Shown here in pieces: positions 58,181 to 64,000 of a stretch of 64,000 nucleotides of DNA. Position 1 is the first letter of the stretch. Every line of letters starts with the position of its first letter. Position numbers and translations under genes: made by a program. This DNA comes from Candidatus Multivoradales bacterium (GTDB lineage: Bacteria > Acidobacteriota > Thermoanaerobaculia > Multivoradales > J023), in assembly GCA_965250305.1 (NCBI GenBank), contig CBDFNS010000023.1, positions 105,346 to 169,345 on the forward strand, in the 5' to 3' direction. The notes beneath the pieces are model-generated. The model ran no database searches, was not told the DNA's origin, and saw only the letters and a program-made list of their open reading frames with translations.

Positions 58181-59287
58181 ATGAGCAAACGAGATTACTA
58201 CGAGGTCTTGGGCGTCGCCCGGGATGTTGCCGAGAAAGACATCAAGTCGGCCTATCGGAAGCTGGCGATCAAATACCACCCGGACCGCAATCCCGATGAT
58301 GCGAGTGCGGAAGAGAAGTTCAAGGAAGCAGCGGAGGCTTATGCGGTGATCTCCGACCCCGAGAAGCGAGCGCGCTACGACCGGTTCGGTCACCAAGCGG
58401 CAGCCAGCGGTGGCTTTGACCCCAACGCATTCTCGGATTTCTCGGACATTCTCGGTGACTTGTTTGGCTTTGGGGATGTCTTTGGCGGTCGCCGTCGTGG
58501 AGCACGGGGTGTTCCCGGTGCCGATCTGCGCTACGAGCTCTCGATGACCTTCGAAGAAGCGGCATTCGGCACCAAGACCACGATCAAGTTTCCACGACTG
58601 GAAACCTGCGAAACGTGTACCGGGTCGGGCAGCTCCGATGGCAAGCTGAATCCCTGTGGCACCTGCGGTGGTCAGGGGCAGGTGCGGTATACCCAAGGTT
58701 TCTTCAGCGTCGCGCGACCGTGTCCACAGTGCCACGGGGAAGGGCAGGTGGTTCAGGACCCGTGCAAGGCCTGTAAAGGCGAAGGGCGGACGGAGACGAA
58801 CCGCCAGCTCGACGTTACCGTTCCTTCCGGGGTCGACAACGGCTTGCGGTTGCGCCTGCGAGGCGAAGGTGAGCATGGACGGCGGGGCGGGCCGCCAGGC
58901 GATCTCGACGTACTGCTGCGGGTCGCGCCCCATGAACGGCTCGAGCGCGATGGCGCCGACGTTCTCGACCAACAAGCCTTGGCTTACCCTCAACTGGTGC
59001 TCGGTACGTCCTTGGAGATCGAGACCTTGCATGGTGTCGAGCAGTTGCGGATCCCCGCTGGAACCCAGAGCGGTCACACTTTCCGCTTGCGGGGTAAGGG
59101 GATCGACAAGCTGAGCCACGACGGCCGCGGTGATCACGTGGTGCATGTGGTGCTGCACGTACCGAAACCCAAGGACCTCGATGACGCTCAGATCGAGCAG
59201 TTGCGGGCGATGGCTGAGCTCGAAGGCCTGCAGGTGGGCATCGGCGGCAGTAGGGTGATCGACAAGGTCAAGGGGCTGTTTCATTGA
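58181..59287 (+). CDS. dnaJ: molecular chaperone DnaJ
   Basis: J-domain with HPD (YHPDRN), G/F region, four CxxCxGxG zinc-finger repeats. Confidence 0.9.
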   Translation: MSKRDYYEVLGVARDVAEKDIKSAYRKLAIKYHPDRNPDDASAEEKFKEAAEAYAVISDPEKRARYDRFGHQAAASGGFDPNAFSDFSDILGDLFGFGDVFGGRRRGARGVPGADLRYELSMTFEEAAFGTKTTIKFPRLETCETCTGSGSSDGKLNPCGTCGGQGQVRYTQGFFSVARPCPQCHGEGQVVQDPCKACKGEGRTETNRQLDVTVPSGVDNGLRLRLRGEGEHGRRGGPPGDLDVLLRVAPHERLERDGADVLDQQALAYPQLVLGTSLEIETLHGVEQLRIPAGTQSGHTFRLRGKGIDKLSHDGRGDHVVHVVLHVPKPKDLDDAQIEQLRAMAELEGLQVGIGGSRVIDKVKGLFH

Positions 59288-60798
59288 GCACGCGCTCGGT
59301 GAGTTCGAGCACCGATTTCGAGCAACGACTCGCCAGCCTGTGGGGCGAGCTCTCGGATCTATCCCGGGCTTCGAACTTGCTGGAGTGGGACCAGGAAACC
59401 CATATGCCGGGCAAGGGCCTCGAGGGTCGCGGTGCGGTTCTGGGAACCCTCGCTGGTCTGCACCACCGCCTGCTTGTCGCGCCGGAGCTCTCGGACGCGC
59501 TCGACGCCTGTGCGGAGGTCGCGCAGCCGGGTAGTCGGTTGGCCGCGCAGGTTGCCCGCGCTCGGCACTCTGTCGACCGTGCGGTGCGGGTCGACGAGGC
59601 GTTGGCGCGGTCGTTGGCCTTGGCGCAGAGCCGCGGAACGTCCGCCTGGCAGGCGGCACGGGCGGCGAACGACTTCGAAGCTTTCACGCCCGCCTTGACC
59701 GAGTTGCTAAGCCTCAAGCGTGAGCAAGCAGCGGCGATTCGGCCCAACGGCGGTGCCTACGACGCGATGCTCGACGGCTTCGAGCCCGGCGCCACGGAGG
59801 CGTGGTTGGAACCGCTTTTCGAGCGGCTCGAAGGGACCTTGGCACCGCGGGTGCGCGCGTTGACGGCACGGTCTGCCGTGGACGAATCACCGGCACTTGG
59901 TTCCTTTCCAGCCGCCGCCCAAGCCGCCTTCGGTCGCCAAATGGCGACCGCGATCGGATTTGATTTCGAAGCCGGGCGCTTGGACGAAACTGCGCATCCA
60001 TTTTGTGTCGGTGTTAATCCTGGCGATGTTCGACTTACCTGGCGCTGGTACGAAGAGGACTTCAGGCCTGGGCTTTTTGGAATATTGCACGAAGCTGGCC
60101 ACGGGCTGTACGAGCAAGGTTTGCCCACCGATCAACAGCGATTGCCGATCGGCGGAGCGGTGTCACTCGGGATCCACGAGTCCCAATCGAGACTGTGGGA
60201 GAACCACGTAGGCCGGAGCCGAGGATTCTGGCAGTGGGCCAAACCCCATTTTGAGCGCGCGTTCCCGGCCGCGGGTCCGCTCGACGTCGACGCGCTGTGG
60301 CCGGCATTGCATACGGCCAAGCCGACGTTTATTCGCGTCGATGCCGATGAGGCCACCTACAACCTTCATGTGGCGATCCGGTTCGGTCTCGAGCGGCGGC
60401 TGTTTTCCGGTGAGCTCGAAGTGCCGGATTTGCCGGCTGTGTGGGACGAGGCGTACGGGTCGTTGTTGGGGATCCGGCCCTCGGGTCCAGCCGAGGGCGT
60501 TCTTCAGGATATCCACTGGGCGCACGGCCTATTCGGGTACTTCCCGACCTACACCCTGGGTACGATGGCCGCGGCACAGCTGTTCTCCGCTGCATCACGC
60601 GATCTCGGCGATCTCGATGCTGCTTTTGCGGCCGGCGATTTTCATCCATTGCTGGACTGGTTGCGCACCAACATCCATGTCCATGGCGCTCGGTTTGGGG
60701 CGCCCGAACTCATCGAGCGTGCGACCGGCCAGCCGTTGACCGCCGACCATCTTGTCGACTATTTAAAAGAAACCACCGAGCGGGCCTATCCGGCGTGA
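59284..60798 (+). CDS. M32-family (Taq-type) metallocarboxypeptidase
   Basis: HEAGHGLYEQG zinc motif, DIHWAHGLFGYFPTYTLG, IRVDADE blocks. Confidence 0.85.
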   Translation: MSTRSVSSSTDFEQRLASLWGELSDLSRASNLLEWDQETHMPGKGLEGRGAVLGTLAGLHHRLLVAPELSDALDACAEVAQPGSRLAAQVARARHSVDRAVRVDEALARSLALAQSRGTSAWQAARAANDFEAFTPALTELLSLKREQAAAIRPNGGAYDAMLDGFEPGATEAWLEPLFERLEGTLAPRVRALTARSAVDESPALGSFPAAAQAAFGRQMATAIGFDFEAGRLDETAHPFCVGVNPGDVRLTWRWYEEDFRPGLFGILHEAGHGLYEQGLPTDQQRLPIGGAVSLGIHESQSRLWENHVGRSRGFWQWAKPHFERAFPAAGPLDVDALWPALHTAKPTFIRVDADEATYNLHVAIRFGLERRLFSGELEVPDLPAVWDEAYGSLLGIRPSGPAEGVLQDIHWAHGLFGYFPTYTLGTMAAAQLFSAASRDLGDLDAAFAAGDFHPLLDWLRTNIHVHGARFGAPELIERATGQPLTADHLVDYLKETTERAYPA

Positions 60799-60807
60799 CC
60801 GCTTGAC

Positions 60808-61614
60808 GTGCCCGACGCGTTTGGTCCCTCGATCCGACCCATGATCGTTGCCGTCGTAAACCGCAAAGGAGGGGTGGGAAAGACCACAACCTGCGTCAAC
60901 CTCGCCGCGGCGTTGGCGAAACGCGGCAAGCGGGTCCTGATCGTCGATCTCGATCCCAACGCGAGCGCTGCGCTTTCGATGGGTCTCAATCGCTGGCAGT
61001 TCGTTCCGGGTGCCGCCGACTTGCTGCTGCATGGCAAGAGCTTGGCTGAGTGTACCCGTGCGTCGCGGGTTGACGGCATTGATGTAGTGCCGGCCACCGT
61101 CGACCTTTCGAGCGTCGAGTCGGAGCTGGCTGGGGTCGCGCGCGGTGAGCAGCGGTTGGCGAAGACGCTGCGGGGCATCCATGGCTACGACTTCGTCATG
61201 ATCGACAGTCCGGCGGGTTTCGGGCTCTTGACCCGCAACGCCCTGGCCGCCGCGGATGGCTATTTGGTGCCATCGGTACCGCATTTCCTGGCCCTCGAGG
61301 GCCTCGATCAGCTTTTTGAGGCAGTCGACCGGCTCCGCGACCGCTGCCGCAGCCAAACCCGCTTGATCGGCATTGTGGTGACGCTGGCGGACTATCGAGC
61401 GAAGATGACGCGCCAAAGCATTGAGGCTTTGAGACGGCGCTACGGTCGCCGTGTGTTCGCTATTGAGATTCGGGTCAACACCAGTCTCGCCGAGGCGCCC
61501 GCTTTCGGCCAGACGATCTTGGACTACGCGCCGAGAGCGACCGGGGCGCAGGCCTACGAGCTTCTGGCCGACGAGTTCTTGATGCGTTGCAGCGGCATTG
61601 CTGAAGGCGCATAA
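60808..61614 (+). CDS. ParA/MinD-family P-loop ATPase
   Basis: Deviant Walker A NRKGGVGKTT; true start probably MIVAVVN at 60841. Confidence 0.8.
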   Translation: MPDAFGPSIRPMIVAVVNRKGGVGKTTTCVNLAAALAKRGKRVLIVDLDPNASAALSMGLNRWQFVPGAADLLLHGKSLAECTRASRVDGIDVVPATVDLSSVESELAGVARGEQRLAKTLRGIHGYDFVMIDSPAGFGLLTRNALAAADGYLVPSVPHFLALEGLDQLFEAVDRLRDRCRSQTRLIGIVVTLADYRAKMTRQSIEALRRRYGRRVFAIEIRVNTSLAEAPAFGQTILDYAPRATGAQAYELLADEFLMRCSGIAEGA

Positions 61615-61633
61615 CTCGCACGAGACCTTGGCT

Positions 61634-62502
61634 TCAAGCTGTGTTTTCGTGTCTGATCAGACTCTTGTCCCTGACGGCGAAAAGTGCGCGGTTCTCGGCT
61701 CGTCGCACTTGATCCACGGCCTTGCCGAGGTGCATGGCAACGTGGAACTTGTCGAATGCGATCTTCTCGTTGGCGTCGGGAAGAGCGGCTAAAGTGTCCG
61801 ATATGTACGGTCCCCACATGTCCATGGCGACGCTCTCGATCTGACCCAATTCGCCTTCGCTGAAGCTGTCGTAGTAGGCGCCAAGGGCTCCCTTCTTGTG
61901 GCCATCGGTGACGTATTGGACGCATCCGGTCTCCAGATCCGCGACCACCGTCACGTATTCATGCCGCTTCTGGAACGACGTCTCGTCAACGCCTATCCGC
62001 CGAGGCACTTTCAAATCACGACGTGCAAGCCCACGCCGGACCGCACGCTCCATCACCCCACTCACCTGGTCCCAAGTGACGTCGAGCTGCCGCGCCACGG
62101 CTGAGATCGTCGCTTCCTGGAGCCAGTCGATGATCAACGCTTCAAAAGCGCAGTGAAGCCCGAACCTGGATCCGACCACGGAACGCTCATCGTCTTGACC
62201 CCGTGCTCCGGGCAACGAACCCGTGGGACATCGGCGACCAGAATCGTCTTGTACTGGCAGGTCGGGAGGTGCCGCCACCGGCGCCAACGGCTGTCGTACC
62301 GACTGCTCGCCTCTCCACATTCAGGGCACGACAAAGCTTGCTCGCGCCCATGCTCGACAAAAACCTCCACCTCGCCATCACCAAGCCGGAGGGATACGTC
62401 CGTCACCTTCCAAGGCGCTGAAACGCCAAGGATCTGCCCATATAGGTCGGTATCTCGCATTCACCGAGCCTACACCGACCCACCATCTCTCCTGAAGAGC
62501 CA
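61634..62502 (-). mobile_element. ISL3-family insertion sequence remnant: left inverted repeat + frameshifted, C-terminally truncated transposase
   Basis: Transposase N-terminus with a CPECG zinc finger (62134-62460) continues in another frame (61634-62320; ..VDETSFQKRHEYVTVVADLETG..) and stops short of a full ISL3 transposase. On the minus strand the element begins GGCTCTTCAGG at 62502, matching the ISL3 terminal repeat. The right end is missing (abuts parA). Confidence 0.7.
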
Positions 62503-62708
62503 TTCATTGCTCCTTCGTGCTGCTTCGCAATGCCTCGAGGTCTCGCAGTCGGTAGGGCGCGGAATCGCTCTCGGGTCCGCTGGCAAGAGTCTTGCTGAGT
62601 CTCCTAGGCATGAGACACTTCGCTACAATCAATGCTACGCCTCCTCTCCGGGCAGTCCTCAGGCGGCCAGGGCATCCCGTGAGAACCAGCTCCTTCTTTC
62701 TGAAGACA

Positions 62709-63092
62709 ATGGTCCCGATCACGGCGCTGCTCCTTTTCGGCGGCTGCATGTCATCATCTCTAGCGCCACCAGAACTCTCACCTGCGGCTTGCACGCTTGA
62801 CGATCGACTGCCAGGGAAGTGGAAAAGTGATCGCCAGAGCCAAGTGGGCAACGCCCACATGACATTCATTCTCAATTGTGACTGCTCCTACGCGTCCCGA
62901 AATCGCTTGCCTTTCATGAGCATTCGGGAGAAGGGCGCGTACTGGATAGAGGATGGCGTGATCCTCTTCTCTCGAGCCACCGGAGAGATCACGGAATGGC
63001 CCTATACCTTTGAAGACGGAGATCTCATCCTCGAAGAGAGCCCTACCGAACGTCATACATATGATCGAAAATCAGCATACGAATGCTTTTGA
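62709..63092 (+). CDS. hypothetical lipoprotein in a low-GC patch
   Basis: Signal peptide with lipobox MVPITALLLFGG-C; about 50% GC; no family recognised. Confidence 0.45.
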   Translation: MVPITALLLFGGCMSSSLAPPELSPAACTLDDRLPGKWKSDRQSQVGNAHMTFILNCDCSYASRNRLPFMSIREKGAYWIEDGVILFSRATGEITEWPYTFEDGDLILEESPTERHTYDRKSAYECF

Positions 63093-63230
63093 GTGCGGCC
63101 GGAGCACTGCAATGCCTAACAATCATTGCAGCGGACAATGCCACCCGCTTCGCGGCCGGACCAACAAACGCACGCCGTCGAGCACGGACGACCCAGGTGC
63201 ATTCGTGGCCACGATCCAAGGCCGAAACCA

Positions 63231-63542
63231 CTACTCCACCCGACGTCCCCGTTTGATCACCAAGTCAACATCTTGCAACAAGGCCACGTGTCGTAGCACG
63301 TCGCCTCGAACCGCAATGATGTCGGCGACCTTTCCCTCGGCAATCGTTCCCACCTCGTCCTCGACGCCCATGGCCACCGCTGGCCAGTAGGTCGCTGACT
63401 TGATCGCCTGCATCGGCTCGATGCCGAACTTGTGGACCCAGGTCTCGATTTCTCGCCAGGTGGCGTCGCTGTGAAAAACCCCCGGTACGCCACTGTCGGT
63501 ACCGATCAACAACACCACCCCGCTTTCGCGAAGCTGGGCCAT
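63231..63542 (-). pseudogene. C-terminal fragment of an amidohydrolase-family protein, with a 16-bp tandem duplication just upstream
   Basis: Translation LLIGTDSGV...GKVADIIAV.GD matches only the last 100 aa of metal-dependent amidohydrolases; the tandem 16-mer GTGCGGCCTTCTTCA(G/T) at 63548-63579 shifts the frame relative to an upstream ATG. Confidence 0.5.
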
Positions 63543-64000
63543 CTTGCGTGCGGCCTTCTTCAGGTGCGGCCTTCTTCATGTGCCGCACATTGGAGGCTGT
63601 CCCGTCAAGAGGCAAACCTCACCTGAGCGGTCTTTTGCGGCCGCAATCGGGATCGGCTCCCAAGATCGGTTGTCGAGATCACGCATCCTGGACTTCATTG
63701 GTTGCGGTGTCGCTCTTTCGGAAAGCGCACCAGCCACACATCGGGATCAAGGCGTAGCGATCGATATCGCTTTGCCCCTGGCGAGTTCTCGCCCCAGAAG
63801 ATCTTTGGTTCCAGGCCGCGTCCAAGGGATTGGACAGTCGCATGGATGGTCACCGAATGGTGATTCCCGCACAAAGGTGGCTCACGGACTGGGCGCGTTC
63901 TTTGAACCGATCATCAAGCGCGCGGCGGTGTCTCCAATCAGGCAAATGGCTTGTGTAGCCCAGCACGTAACATGGTTGACACCGCCGCGCCAAATCAGCG

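Overview
This is a 64-kb window of a high-GC (roughly 65-70% by eye, not computed) diderm bacterial chromosome. It is mostly backbone carrying conserved operons: an M16 peptidase pair with a metallophosphoesterase; hrcA-grpE-dnaK-dnaJ; nrdR-lon; thiL; mlaE-mlaF-mlaD next to ugd, a UDP-xylose synthase and an NAD-dependent epimerase; plsC-apbC-lpxH; aroA; an M32 carboxypeptidase and parA. An orphan ADOP-type FtsX permease, a PEP-CTERM-like protein tail, a DUF4388 response regulator and an MglA-like GTPase together suggest an Acidobacteriota-like or similar host; that is inference, not a search result. Accessory or unusual modules interrupt the backbone. A tRNA-Ala is followed by a REC-DUF4388 regulator, a small overlapping ORF and an exported TPR-CHAT protease whose GC is mosaic. 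A minus-strand operon encodes a 1386-aa transglutaminase-like protein, a TPR protein, a CRTAC1/FG-GAP protein and an SLT-like protein, and diverges from a pore-loop-less ClpX-like ATPase and an FkbM methyltransferase. A decayed second copy of the aroA leader, start and 3' end sits downstream of the ADOP permease and is fused to the start of a sigma-54 activator that has a large N-terminal domain. A protein with tandem MerR-like HTHs and AT-hooks is followed by a 4 x 36-bp array of perfect palindromic repeats. An MglA-like GTPase carries a 230-aa C-terminal extension. The 3' end of the window is an ISL3 transposase remnant with a low-GC gene graveyard. All calls rest on reading the ORF translations and the DNA by eye; no database search was run.
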